Below, piece by piece: positions 36,844 to 46,811 of a DNA stretch of 64,000 nucleotides. Made by a program: the position numbers and the translations under genes. Where the stretch lies: the IMG/VR virus record IMGVR_UViG_3300042923_001106, positions 64,001 to 128,000 of that record. One strand, written 5' to 3'. Source of the stretch: a virus. Below the pieces are notes generated by a model. That model saw only the letters and a program-made list of their open reading frames with translations. It had not been told where the DNA came from and ran no database searches. Position 1 is the stretch's first letter, and each line of letters opens with the position of its first letter.

Positions 36844-37436
36844 CAATCGAGGGCTTAGATAAATCAGGGAAAGCAACCCAATCTAATATGTTGTATAAAA
36901 AAATTGAACAATATGGCTATAAAGTTGCCAAAAGTGAATTCCACCGATACGACACGAATACTGGAAAACTCATTATGGATTGGTTAACTCGAAAATGGGA
37001 TGTGAGTCAAAAGTCTATTGAATTGATTATGGCTGCCGACAAGCAAGCACAGCAGGAATGGTTTTCTCAACTCGATAAAGAAGGTTACGACTACCTTATT
37101 CTAGACAGGTACACGCTAAGTCAAGCTGCATATGGTGTAGCCAATGGGATTCAAGGATCATGGATAATTGAGTTGCAAAAGTATATGCGCAAACCTGATT
37201 TAGACATAGTAATCGACATTCCTGCTGAAATCAGTATGAGTCGAAAGGGTAAACACAACAACGGTCAAAACGATAAGTATGAATCCGACTTAGAAATGTT
37301 GAAGCGTGTTCGGGAGAACTATAAATCTTTTTCTACATACTACTCAGCACCCGTAAAGAAAATAGTTGATGGTACAAAATCGATTGAGGAAATACATAAT
37401 GAAATCTTTAATATTGTTCTGGGGGTAGGAAGTTGA
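36831..37436 (+). CDS. tmk: Thymidylate (dTMP) kinase; P-loop lies upstream of the first ATG, probable ATC start
   Basis: In-frame IKIIAIEGLDKSGKATQ from ATC 36831 after GGAGGG; LILDRY and PDLDIVIDI motifs. Confidence 0.85.
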   Translation: MKIIAIEGLDKSGKATQSNMLYKKIEQYGYKVAKSEFHRYDTNTGKLIMDWLTRKWDVSQKSIELIMAADKQAQQEWFSQLDKEGYDYLILDRYTLSQAAYGVANGIQGSWIIELQKYMRKPDLDIVIDIPAEISMSRKGKHNNGQNDKYESDLEMLKRVRENYKSFSTYYSAPVKKIVDGTKSIEEIHNEIFNIVLGVGS

Positions 37437-37744
37437 GCACAAAAGTAGTTTACATTTCAGGGCCAATGACTGGCGTAAAGGCCAATAATTTTCATGAATT
37501 TAATCGTGTAGCAGCCATTTTAAGGAATAGCGGATATGAAGTTATCAATCCTGCAGATCATGGGTGTTCGGAAAGTTTATCATGGTCAGATTATATGAGG
37601 ATGGATATTGCGGATCTCATTGAGTGCGATCTAATTGCTACTCTTGATGGGTGGGAACTCTCAAAAGGAGCAAGATTAGAGGTACATATAGCAAAAGAAT
37701 TAGGAATGGATGTTTTGGATTATCGTGAGCTGATCAACAAATAA
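37433..37744 (+). CDS. DUF4406 (nucleoside deoxyribosyltransferase-like fold) protein
   Basis: VYISGPMTG...INPAD...DYMRMDI..L..CD.I..L.GWE.SKGARLE...A..LG. Confidence 0.85.
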   Translation: MSTKVVYISGPMTGVKANNFHEFNRVAAILRNSGYEVINPADHGCSESLSWSDYMRMDIADLIECDLIATLDGWELSKGARLEVHIAKELGMDVLDYRELINK

Positions 37745-37757
37745 AATATATTTTTTA

Positions 37758-38054
37758 TTGGATAGAGAAAAGGAGAATTTGAAAATGGAAAACATTAAAT
37801 TGGTGGCAGAAAAACTTAAAGAAATTGAGGAGTTCGTAAAGAAAAATCTAAGTACTCATTATGATGATGTGCTTGAACATGTTGAATACAAACTAGATGC
37901 CGTGAAACAGATTGCTCAAGCCAACCATATTCCTTTGATCGTTACTGCGGAGGATATTATCAACAAGTACCGTGAAGAAGAAGAATCATCTGAATATGAG
38001 GAAGAGAGTAGTAGTTATTATTATGAAGAAGAATCATCTTATTATGAAGAATAG
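37758..38054 (+). CDS. Hypothetical protein with E/S/Y low-complexity tail
   Basis: EEEESSEYEEESSSYYYEEESSYYEE; true start probably TTG 37778. Confidence 0.55.
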   Translation: MDREKENLKMENIKLVAEKLKEIEEFVKKNLSTHYDDVLEHVEYKLDAVKQIAQANHIPLIVTAEDIINKYREEEESSEYEEESSSYYYEEESSYYEE

Positions 38055-38065
38055 GAGATTAACAA

Positions 38066-39049
38066 ATGATCGTTATAGGATCTAAGGCACTAACTTTTCG
38101 GTTAGAACAAACAGAAGAAGTTGTTGAACGGTGGTATAAAACGGACTATGACGTTTTGATGAGTATCGATGAATTCAAATCGTGGTGTAGCAGGTATAAA
38201 GAAGAGATAATTAAACTCTACCCAACGCAGGAGAATAAGTATAAAGCCATTCTTTCTAAATATGGTAGGAAGAAACAATACGAAATCGAGATTGGATATG
38301 AAGGAACATCTGCAGAATTCTTATTGAAACACGAACAGAATGTTACCGACTGTGCTGTATTTGGTTACTTTGGCGAATTGTTCAATGCACTCAGCCTTCA
38401 ATATCAGTTTTTAACCAAACGCTCTCATTTGATTTATCCGGTACATTTCGAGAAAAATATGAACGACTACCATCTTATAAAGTCGCTCATTGGAGATTTC
38501 AAAAGAGATGAGCTAATGCAGGAGTATTATAAATTGCGCGCTGCCGAGGCAAAGGAACGGTACAGTCGATTTAAGACGCCAAAATTGAATGTTACAAACG
38601 AAGACTTCTTTAGTTCAAAGTTGGCAGTTGAAAATTACTTTGTACATGACGACATTCATGAGGTAATGAAGCATCACGATGTCCCTGTTTATGAAATGAT
38701 GAAGCGAGATTTTGGATTGGCCAAATGTGAAAAAGATATGTTCTTTGCATTGCCTTATGATTATCAAATTCAAGCTGTTCAAGAAGAAGCGTACACTATA
38801 GCCTTAGAAAGATACATAGTACCCCAAGCAGGAGAGGATTGGCAGAATTACTTAAATTGCTATAAGAAAGCACTAATGCGAATCTGCACAACCCTTTGTT
38901 CTGGATGGTTCAGGAGCTTTGCTATCGAAAACTATAATGTTATAGTCGAAAGGTACAATCCTGATTTTGTGAAGAGGTTTAAGGCAGCTTTTGATACAGG
39001 AGAAATTAAGGCACTCGAAGACAAAGTTGTTCCAGAAATGATTGCTTAA
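38066..39049 (+). CDS. Phage protein with a nucleotidyltransferase-like N-terminus
   Basis: MIVIGSKAL...DYDV (GS + DxD); later HDDIH and EEAY..ALER. Confidence 0.5.
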   Translation: MIVIGSKALTFRLEQTEEVVERWYKTDYDVLMSIDEFKSWCSRYKEEIIKLYPTQENKYKAILSKYGRKKQYEIEIGYEGTSAEFLLKHEQNVTDCAVFGYFGELFNALSLQYQFLTKRSHLIYPVHFEKNMNDYHLIKSLIGDFKRDELMQEYYKLRAAEAKERYSRFKTPKLNVTNEDFFSSKLAVENYFVHDDIHEVMKHHDVPVYEMMKRDFGLAKCEKDMFFALPYDYQIQAVQEEAYTIALERYIVPQAGEDWQNYLNCYKKALMRICTTLCSGWFRSFAIENYNVIVERYNPDFVKRFKAAFDTGEIKALEDKVVPEMIA

Positions 39050-39094
39050 TTAATTTTATATTAAATAAAATGTTTTAATATACGGAGGAGTGAT

Positions 39095-40108
39095 ATGAAA
39101 TAAAGATAGTAGGATTATTTAGTGGGGCCGGTGGTTTAGAATTAGGGTTTAAAAAACAAGGATTCGAATTTGAGTATGCTCTTGACTACATGCCAGCAGC
39201 CTGTGAAACAAATAAACGAAATCTTGGAAATCATATCGTTTGTAAAGACATAAGGCATGTTAGTGCAAGAGAAATTCCAAAAGGCAGTGGATACATTTAC
39301 CTGATCGGGGCATCTTGCAGAGGATTTAGTAACTCGAATATGAAGACGTCATTTTTGGAGAATCCAGATAATGAACTTACATATGATTGGATAAATAAAG
39401 TAAAACATAACAAACCGGATATTATTATATCTGAAAACGTACCACAAATCCTTACAAAATTTAATGGAGCTTTCGCACAAGAGATAATTGACAATTTATC
39501 AGATGTTTATCATATAGAGGTGAAAGTTCTAAACGCTGCTGACTACGGAGTCGCCCAAGACAGAAAACGTTGCATTATGATTGGCAGCCGTATTGGTGCA
39601 ATTAAACATCCTGAGCCGACACATAAAACTTGGAAGACTGTTGGGGAAGCGCTTGAGGGATTACATGATGGAGTTCCTAATCAGACGAATATCCGTAAGT
39701 CTTCTAGTGAGGTGATACAGCGATTTAAGCAAGTTCCGCAGGGTGGAAATTGGAGAAACATTGGAGAGTTCGCAGGAAAGGATAAACATTCGATTCTGTA
39801 CCGTCGATTAACTTTTGATGAGACTTAGTCCTACGTTCCCTCATGCTGGAAAGAATCTCGTGCTGCATCCTTCAAATGATCGAATTCTTTCAGTTCGTGA
39901 GTGTGCAAGAATCATGAGTTTTCCCGATGATTTTGTTTTCTATGGTGGACTTACCGACATGTATCAGCAAGTTGCAAATGCAGTTCCTCCATTGATGGCG
40001 GAGGCAATTGCAAAAGAAGTCAGAAAATTAATAAATATAAGCAATACATATAAGAACAAGTTTAGTATTCAAAGAATAAATGAAGATTCAATGCAGGACG
40101 CTAATTAA
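39095..40108 (+). pseudogene. DNA (cytosine-5) methyltransferase with two apparent frameshifts
   Basis: Motif I LFSGAGG lies upstream of ATG 39190 and out of frame with ATG 39095 (ATG AAA TAA); ENV motif VI and Q.RKR motif VIII present; motifs IX-X (LSVRECARIMSFPDDF, QVANAVPP) are in a second frame after about 39822; motif IV reads GASC. Confidence 0.85.
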
Positions 40109-40145
40109 TCGGGGAATAAAATAATGTTTTTATTAGGAGAAGGTA

Positions 40146-40523
40146 ATGAGAGAGGAAAAACAGACGATTTATATCACAGATGATGGTAAGGCATTTACTG
40201 ATAAAAAAGAAGCAACGATTCATGAAACTAAGTTAAATAATGTTAAAAATTACTTAGTCAGATACTCTCCTGATTTAACCGAAGGAAGAGGATTTCAGGC
40301 AGCAGGGATCGTTATGGTTCATGCTAAGGGTTCGCATAAGGAGTTTGTTGAACATTGGTGTTATAAAAAGTTTGGAAACAGAATCGATTTTTGCATGGGA
40401 GCGTATGGCTCAAACGCAATCACTGACTCTTGGGATATCAAAGAAGCAAGTGAAGACGATTTAAGAAAGTACGATATCCTATATAGGATTGAAGAAAACT
40501 TTGTAACAAAAATATGGAATTAG
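40146..40523 (+). CDS. Hypothetical phage protein
   Basis: RBS AGGAG after a junction motif. Confidence 0.65.
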   Translation: MREEKQTIYITDDGKAFTDKKEATIHETKLNNVKNYLVRYSPDLTEGRGFQAAGIVMVHAKGSHKEFVEHWCYKKFGNRIDFCMGAYGSNAITDSWDIKEASEDDLRKYDILYRIEENFVTKIWN

Positions 40524-40556
40524 ACAATATAATCGGCTTTTCGTTGGGAGGGGTAT

Positions 40557-40847
40557 ATGGCACATTATTATGATCGCGAATATGACTTGAAAGAAATGAA
40601 AGAGAGAGCGCATAAGAAGATAGACTTTTACAAAGTTGAAACTACAAAAATTAATCAATTCCTAAAAGAAACTAACTTGCACAGCATTGATATACCTGAA
40701 CCAATAAGTAGGCATATTGATAATATTTTATCAAATTTCGGACATTATGTCGCTAATGAAAATACGTGGATCGGTAAGGCAAATCTAATGCTCAGTCTAG
40801 GAAAGAGATATCTTGATTTTGATGATTATCATGAGCACTTTAAGTGA
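40557..40847 (+). CDS. Hypothetical protein
   Basis: RBS GGGAGG; followed by a junction motif. Confidence 0.6.
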   Translation: MAHYYDREYDLKEMKERAHKKIDFYKVETTKINQFLKETNLHSIDIPEPISRHIDNILSNFGHYVANENTWIGKANLMLSLGKRYLDFDDYHEHFK

Positions 40848-40887
40848 ATGAAATTGGACATTTATTTGGAATAAGAGGGTAGATAAC

Positions 40888-41154
40888 GTGATCGAAAAGA
40901 GACTAGATAATGAGGGTTGCATTCTAACTATACATAGTGCTGTCAGAAACGATACGATGAAAGTCTATTGGAACGCAGACACACCAGAGAGAAGTAAGGA
41001 AATATCAAACGGCGAAGAAATATTTATTTTTGTACAATCTTTTCATTCGAAAAGAATGGAATCAAATTCAATTTCATTGTCTATGGATGAGGCTGAGTGT
41101 CTGAGAGACGTATTAGATCATATGATAAGTGAACTTAAGAAGATGCAAAACTAA
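40888..41154 (+). CDS. Hypothetical protein
   Basis: Bracketed by junction motifs. Confidence 0.6.
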   Translation: MIEKRLDNEGCILTIHSAVRNDTMKVYWNADTPERSKEISNGEEIFIFVQSFHSKRMESNSISLSMDEAECLRDVLDHMISELKKMQN

Positions 41155-41200
41155 GACCAATGAAACTGGAGTTTCATTGGATGATAAATCGGAGGATCAT

Positions 41201-41390
41201 TTGAGACTAGATATAATGACTGATATTGAAACACTAGGGACTAAACAAGACGCAACAATCTTTCAAATCTCTGCTGTAGCGTTCGATATCATGACTGGAG
41301 AACACATTTCAACATTCAATCAGATCGCTGATATTGAGAAGAATGCTATTGTACGTGTAGACGGCTCAACAATTAAATGGTGGCTGAATA
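41201..41390 (+). pseudogene. DEDDh 3'-5' exonuclease (DUF5051-like), truncated by an IS1634 insertion
   Basis: MTDIETLG...IFQISAVAFD...STIKWW, then an abrupt switch into IS sequence. Confidence 0.8.
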
Positions 41391-41898
41391 CTAACAACTC
41401 ACATTCCGCACCCCTATGACTCTAAAAATGGCGAATTTTGGTGTATGCTAGAGTCATAGAAATGAGAGTCGGGAGCGAAGTGTGGGCATGCAAATCGAAA
41501 ATTTTTATGAAGTCGGCTATCTTCCTTTACTAAGCGGAATCATGAACGATTTGGGACTCCGCAAGAAGATCGATCAATTTGTACCTGTCGATTCGCAGTG
41601 TTGGACTACTGCAGGCGAAGCCGTCCAGTTGTTGTTGCTCGACATGCTGAGCGGTCGAAATGCCCTGATGAATGTAGACAAATGGGCAGCGGAGCAGGAC
41701 TTGGATCAACTGCTCCGCCCCGGTCTGCAAGCGTCCTGGTTCAACGATGACGCACTCGGCCGCCATTTGGACCGGCTGTATGAGGCGGATATCCATCAAA
41801 TCTACTCCGCTTTCCAACTGCACGTGTACCAGCACGAGCGCATCCCGATGGGCGTCTTCCACGGCGATACGACGAGCATGTCTGTCTATGGCGATTAT
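41391..41898 (+). mobile_element. IS1634-family remnant (left end plus transposase N-terminus only; ends approximate)
   Basis: ORF 41482-41916 has a DUF4277-like LGLRKKID...FNDDALGRHLDRL and FHGDTTSMSVYG, then breaks off; high GC; no right end found. Confidence 0.8.
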
Positions 41899-42207
41899 AG
41901 GTCAGGTTATTGTTAAGACACTTATGCAGGGAGCCGGTAGTCTTGTAATTGGTAAACTAAACAAGCAATAAAAGGGTCATTTCATTGCGATAGGAGATAG
42001 AAAATGATTTATTTAGTAATCAAGAGAAAAATATATAATGATACATACACTGTACGTTACGCACTAGTAAATAAAGAATTAGCAGAGAGTTTTGTAAAGT
42101 GGGCAAACCACGACAACCAAGACGAGGATACGGTTTATGAATTATTAGAACAATACGTTATAAAATGATGATGAAATTAAGATTGCATTGGAATAGTAGG
42201 AGGAGAA

Positions 42208-42438
42208 ATGAGTAAAGTTACATTCGGAAATAATATCGGAGCAAAGCAATGGAGTTTCATGCTCGATAAAGAGAATAAGATTCTACATACGGCATGGTTT
42301 CCTCTGATCGAAGTCAATGGAAAGATGGCGACAATTAAGGACGACAATTATCCAGTTGGCATCAAGGAGGCTGAGAGCAGATATAAAGCTAGAAAGATGG
42401 CGCAAGAGTTTTTGAATCGAGTAAAAGAAGAAACATGA
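42208..42438 (+). CDS. Hypothetical protein
   Basis: RBS AGGAGGAG. Confidence 0.6.
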   Translation: MSKVTFGNNIGAKQWSFMLDKENKILHTAWFPLIEVNGKMATIKDDNYPVGIKEAESRYKARKMAQEFLNRVKEET

Positions 42439-42469
42439 AGAAATATGATTTCGTGGGAAGAGGTGTAAG

Positions 42470-42742
42470 GTGATTAATAATAAGCCAACAAATGAGGAAT
42501 TGATAAAGTGGAAACAACATCTTCAAGAACTGGACGATGAAAAGTACCCAATTGCAATAGCTGCGGTAATGGAGTCCAAAGAGAAATATACAGAAGGTGA
42601 AGCATATACTTCTGTATATTTCTTGCAAAGAAAAGTAAGAGTAGGATACTCGCAAGGTCAACGACTCATCGAGCGTATGGTACAAGATAATATTCTTCAA
42701 CCAGAAATAAAAGAGAATTATATAAGGTACAAGATCCGATAA
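42470..42742 (+). CDS. Protein with an FtsK gamma-like winged helix
   Basis: SVYFLQRKVRVGYSQGQRLIERMVQDNIL matches the FtsK gamma pattern SxSxLQRxxRIGYxRAxRLIxxL. Confidence 0.65.
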   Translation: MINNKPTNEELIKWKQHLQELDDEKYPIAIAAVMESKEKYTEGEAYTSVYFLQRKVRVGYSQGQRLIERMVQDNILQPEIKENYIRYKIR

Positions 42743-42796
42743 AAGGTAGATTGCATAAGAAAAGGAACTGCCAAGTACGACAGCTCCAATCAGATA

Positions 42797-42910
42797 TTAC
42801 TTAAAGAAGAATCCTATGATACTCGCAAGACTCAGTTTGAATCGGAATTTCTTGGTTTCTGTGGTCTTATTCGGTTCTTTTACGGTTGTTCTCTCGTAAA
42901 CATATTCCAT
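42797..42910 (-). CDS. Small antisense-strand peptide, 37 aa
   Basis: Manual translation MEYVYERTTVKEPNKTTETKKFRFKLSLASIIGFFFK; GAGGGGG RBS; hairpin plus U-run downstream on the minus strand. Confidence 0.55.
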   Translation of the reverse strand: MEYVYERTTVKEPNKTTETKKFRFKLSLASIIGFFFK

Positions 42911-43354
42911 ATCTTTATCCCCCCTCGCAAACTAATTATCGTTGTCTCACTCTATATAGTTGCAACGAGAGGGTAAATTATTCAATTTGGCAGACCTAAT
43001 ATTGTTCAAGGTTGTTCAGGTACTTTTATTATAGATGATAAGCGATTTTCCGTACACTATTAAAATTCAATACAAGTTAGTTGCATATAAGAGATTTGAT
43101 CAGTATTTGTATTGCGTTTCCGAAGAAGGTTTGAAACTTCTTGAGAGGATTTTTGAAGTGAGGATTACTGAGCTAGAATAGCCCATTAAAATACGGGCTT
43201 CATGGGGTGAGAAAAATGAAGTTGGGATATGCAGTAGTAGGTAAGTTATATGGAGAACCGTGGGAGAGCATGATTTACGAGGATGCTGAAGAATGTGATA
43301 GTGCTTATCGCGATCTAGTTAACGACAGTGATTATAGTGACTTAAAGAGATGTA

Positions 43355-43681
43355 ATGTTTATATCCATTACGAAGAATGGCGATGAAAGACGGATTTTAT
43401 TTACTAGCGAAATAGGAAAAAATCACTGGAGGGAGTCTATGATAGGCAAGATTTCAGTAAGAGGCTGTATCGTTGCATTATCTGATGGTAACCTATCTGG
43501 ACCTAGTGTACGTGTCTATTCATCAGACAATAGAATTATTCTTGATAGATATTATACACAAATGTCCACCGCAATCGAACAGTACGGATACATCTTACTA
43601 TCTCTATATGAGGGAATCGATTCATTCAGGTTAACGTCTAAAGTGTTGCCAAGTGACAACATCAAATGGGCTAGCATTTAG
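43355..43681 (+). CDS. Hypothetical protein
   Basis: ORF followed by a junction motif. Confidence 0.5.
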   Translation: MFISITKNGDERRILFTSEIGKNHWRESMIGKISVRGCIVALSDGNLSGPSVRVYSSDNRIILDRYYTQMSTAIEQYGYILLSLYEGIDSFRLTSKVLPSDNIKWASI

Positions 43682-43726
43682 AAAACAAATGAAAATTCAT
43701 TTTCATTTGCCGGGAAGGATGATGCA

Positions 43727-43930
43727 ATGACGTACAACAATGTAAAGTATTGTAGTTTTGACTGTGAGGAAATAGGTGGAGTCTGCGATAACTGCATCCA
43801 TTACGACTTCAATGGTGACGAGGAAGGCATATATGTTGGAGATGGCTATTGTAACTATCACGAAGATCACTCAGAACCGCACAATGGGTGCGAAGATTTT
43901 GTTTGTCTTGGGGTGAGAAATAATGAATAA
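43727..43930 (+). CDS. Small Cys-rich protein
   Basis: C..C..C..C...C...C pattern. Confidence 0.5.
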   Translation: MTYNNVKYCSFDCEEIGGVCDNCIHYDFNGDEEGIYVGDGYCNYHEDHSEPHNGCEDFVCLGVRNNE

Positions 43931-44267
43931 AATTATAAAATACATAAATGAAACCGAAATATCGGCAGTGGTCGATTCTATTGTCAAAAACAACAAAGAT
44001 ATCTGGAGTGTAATCGAACAGATTAAGGAGTCTAGGATAGAGTATCAGAAAAAGTCGCAGGAGCTGCAGAATGAACTCGTTAAGTTGTTACCCGACTACA
44101 AAGTGGGTATGATCCTCGAGGCTAAAGAAGACTGTCTGAACAATTGGCGTAAGGGTGATCGTGTAGAAATAACACTCGTCAAAGGAAATGATTGTGTTTT
44201 AGATGGTGCGGCTGCTATCGATGAGAAATGGATTCGTAAGTATTTTATGATCATTGGGAGCAAATGA
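43923..44267 (+). CDS. Hypothetical protein with SH3-like C-terminus
   Basis: YKVGMIL...KGDRVEI pattern. Confidence 0.55.
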   Translation: MNKIIKYINETEISAVVDSIVKNNKDIWSVIEQIKESRIEYQKKSQELQNELVKLLPDYKVGMILEAKEDCLNNWRKGDRVEITLVKGNDCVLDGAAAIDEKWIRKYFMIIGSK

Positions 44268-44301
44268 AGTGCAGTGTGTATTTTTAGAAAGGAGATAGTG
44301 A

Positions 44302-45054
44302 TTGTTAGAAATAAACAAAATATATAATGAGGATTGCATTGGATTAAACGGAATGCGTTTGATCCAAGATAAATCAATTAACTTAATTCTCGCTGACCTA
44401 CCCTACGAGGAAACGCAAAATGTTTGGGATTCTGTTATTACACCTGAAATAATGTGGAATGAGTATAAAAGAATCATTAAAGATAACGGGGTTATTGCAC
44501 TTACTGCATCGTTTCAATTTGCTTCAAAGATATATGAGTCTAGAAAGGTTCCGTTTCGATATGATATAGTTTGGCGCAAAAATAAGAGCACAGGATTCTT
44601 AAATGCTAAGAAAATGCCACTACGTCAACACGAACTAATTCTCATTTTTTACCGCAAACTGCCAGTTTATAATCCGCAAAAAACTACAGGTCATAAACCA
44701 GCGAATTCATATACTAAACATACTGGTGATGGTAGCAATTATGGAAAAACTAAAATCGGGGTATCTGGTGGAGGACAGACAGATAGATATCCAACAAGTG
44801 TATGGGATATACCTGTGATGAATAATGACTCGAAAGATAAATGGCATCCCACACAAAAACCTGTAGAGCTATTCGAAAGAATTATTAAAACATACTCCAA
44901 TCAAGGCGATTTGGTATTGGATAACGCTAGTGGGTCAGGAACTACTGCTGAAGCTTGCATGAATACTCAGAGGGATTATATCTGCTTCGAAAAAGATAGA
45001 ACATACTGGGAAAAATCGATTGCACGTATTCATCGATTGAATAATAATACATAA
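44302..45054 (+). CDS. DNA N4-C/N6-A methyltransferase (beta class), orphan
   Basis: LILADLPY (motif IV), HPTQKP, VLDNASGSGTT (motif I). Confidence 0.92.
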   Translation: MLEINKIYNEDCIGLNGMRLIQDKSINLILADLPYEETQNVWDSVITPEIMWNEYKRIIKDNGVIALTASFQFASKIYESRKVPFRYDIVWRKNKSTGFLNAKKMPLRQHELILIFYRKLPVYNPQKTTGHKPANSYTKHTGDGSNYGKTKIGVSGGGQTDRYPTSVWDIPVMNNDSKDKWHPTQKPVELFERIIKTYSNQGDLVLDNASGSGTTAEACMNTQRDYICFEKDRTYWEKSIARIHRLNNNT

Positions 45055-45091
45055 TTTATGCAAATAAAATGTTAGTTTAATTGGAGGAAGT

Positions 45092-45334
45092 ATGGGAGAG
45101 AACAATTTGACTTTGATTATTGGGGATGATTGGGAAGGCATTTATCACGATGGACTACTGATTTATGAGGGACATGAAGTGCAAAGAAGAGAGTTAGTAA
45201 ACTTAATGAAAAGCCATGAAACATTTAATGTGGAATTTAAAGCGCTCAATGATATGGGGATTGATTGGTTGCATGAGGAAGGAAGTTTACCTGAATACAT
45301 ATCTGGAATCCCATATCAGTGTATCGAGCAATAA
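45092..45334 (+). CDS. Hypothetical protein
   Basis: Exactly bracketed by junction motifs. Confidence 0.6.
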   Translation: MGENNLTLIIGDDWEGIYHDGLLIYEGHEVQRRELVNLMKSHETFNVEFKALNDMGIDWLHEEGSLPEYISGIPYQCIEQ

Positions 45335-45359
45335 AACCTGTATTTCATAGGGAGGAAAA

Positions 45360-45716
45360 ATGGAACAAATACAAAATCACGAAATTAAAGACATCTGGAG
45401 AATTAGAGACGGCTTACTGGTTGAGGTGTTTAAGTACAAATCTATTGGTCATCACAGTTATACTAAGAAGCAAGAAAAACGTGTTATGGGTTGCAAAGGA
45501 TTGACAGTACTAACGTCTAGTTATACAGACTCATATAGCAAGAAAACTTATTCCAAAGGAACACTTCTTTACAATAGTTGTCCAGTTGAACCGTTGGATG
45601 ATAAGAGTCAATTTAAATTTGAAATTAAGTCGAGCGGCGGATCAATCTTTGGTTCGGTTAATGAAATTGAAAAAGTGTTAAAAGACATTGAAAACTTGAT
45701 GAGAAAATATCAATAA
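45360..45716 (+). CDS. Hypothetical protein
   Basis: RBS GGGAGG after a junction motif. Confidence 0.65.
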   Translation: MEQIQNHEIKDIWRIRDGLLVEVFKYKSIGHHSYTKKQEKRVMGCKGLTVLTSSYTDSYSKKTYSKGTLLYNSCPVEPLDDKSQFKFEIKSSGGSIFGSVNEIEKVLKDIENLMRKYQ

Positions 45717-45741
45717 AAATTGGATTAATACTGGAGTCGAT

Positions 45742-46062
45742 TTGTTGATTAGAAGATTTAAAACAACTGTTATCCGAGAAGACGAATACATAATTGAGAT
45801 CGATGATGAAGTTATTGACGAAGAATGGATGAAAAAGTATAGTGAGGACTTTAGAAACATTCCTTCGCTCAAAGGACATATTGAAAATCTAGCTTGGAAT
45901 CGAATGGTCAATGGCGAGGACTTTTATGAAGGATATGGAAACGTGTTGCATGACGGAGCAATAGCTTGGCAAGCAACCGGATATGTTGAGAAAGGTATTA
46001 ACATTAAAGTTGTAAATAAGGATGATATTGAAGTATTTGCCGAAGAGATGTTAAGGATTTAA
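45742..46062 (+). CDS. Hypothetical phage protein
   Basis: RBS GGAG; acidic. Confidence 0.6.
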   Translation: MLIRRFKTTVIREDEYIIEIDDEVIDEEWMKKYSEDFRNIPSLKGHIENLAWNRMVNGEDFYEGYGNVLHDGAIAWQATGYVEKGINIKVVNKDDIEVFAEEMLRI

Positions 46063-46144
46063 TATTGGATTCAAAAGTTGATTATAGTAACGAAATCTTA
46101 CTTAATGATTATCAAAATTATTAATAAAAAATAAAAGGAGTGTA

Positions 46145-46405
46145 TTGAAAATGATTTTACATCCTGATGGACGAGTAGAGGGTACAGCCGAAGAGTTGAT
46201 TATGTGGAAAGAAATGCTGTCAAAAAAAGTAGAACAGGAATATTACAAGAAGTTCACCTCGAGTGGAAAAGGTTATACACCATGGATTACTGGAACAACT
46301 AGTGTTAGCACTGGAAACTGTCCAAATGAAGGTGGACCATGTTATTGTACAGGCGCATGCAGAGGTGGGACTATTACGTATGGCGGAAAGGAGGCGAATC
46401 ATTGA
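46145..46405 (+). CDS. Hypothetical protein with CPxxGxPCxCTGAC motif
   Basis: RBS AAGGAG. Confidence 0.55.
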   Translation: MKMILHPDGRVEGTAEELIMWKEMLSKKVEQEYYKKFTSSGKGYTPWITGTTSVSTGNCPNEGGPCYCTGACRGGTITYGGKEANH

Positions 46406-46767
46406 ATAAAGAAACACAATTAAGGGCGGAGAACCAAAAGTATAAAATTATTGCAGCGTTGCGCGAGGCTGGTGCAAGTGGCTTAACGAATGCACAGCTC
46501 TCCAAAATTGCACTTCGATACAATGCTCGAATTCAAGAAATGTATGTTCTCGGCTTTGGCATAAGCACAGTCCCAATGTCAGGCGGACTAACTAGATATG
46601 TATTAAACTCAGAACCTAAATCGATACATAGCAAGCCCGATCACGCTTTGAATATCCTCATTAAAGAGATAGATAAGTGCGGAGGCAATGTTGATAAGGA
46701 ACAGTTGCTAGGCTTATTGGAAGCTAATAATTTCACAGTGAGACGTAAAGTTGGTTCATTCAGTTAA
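46402..46767 (+). CDS. Winged-helix-like protein
   Basis: TTG 46402 after AAGGAGG; LTNAQLSKIALRYNARIQEM...GFGI pattern. Confidence 0.6.
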   Translation: MNKETQLRAENQKYKIIAALREAGASGLTNAQLSKIALRYNARIQEMYVLGFGISTVPMSGGLTRYVLNSEPKSIHSKPDHALNILIKEIDKCGGNVDKEQLLGLLEANNFTVRRKVGSFS

Positions 46768-46811
46768 AATAAATGAATAGAAAAAGAATTTAATGGACGA
46801 GGAGTGGTCTA

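Noticed and set aside
37970-38054. GAAGAA-rich tandem repeat
   Set aside because: Explained by the low-complexity E/S/Y protein tail; no fixed repeat unit.
44302-45054. Restriction-modification system
   Set aside because: No recognisable cognate endonuclease is adjacent; orphan phage methyltransferases are common.
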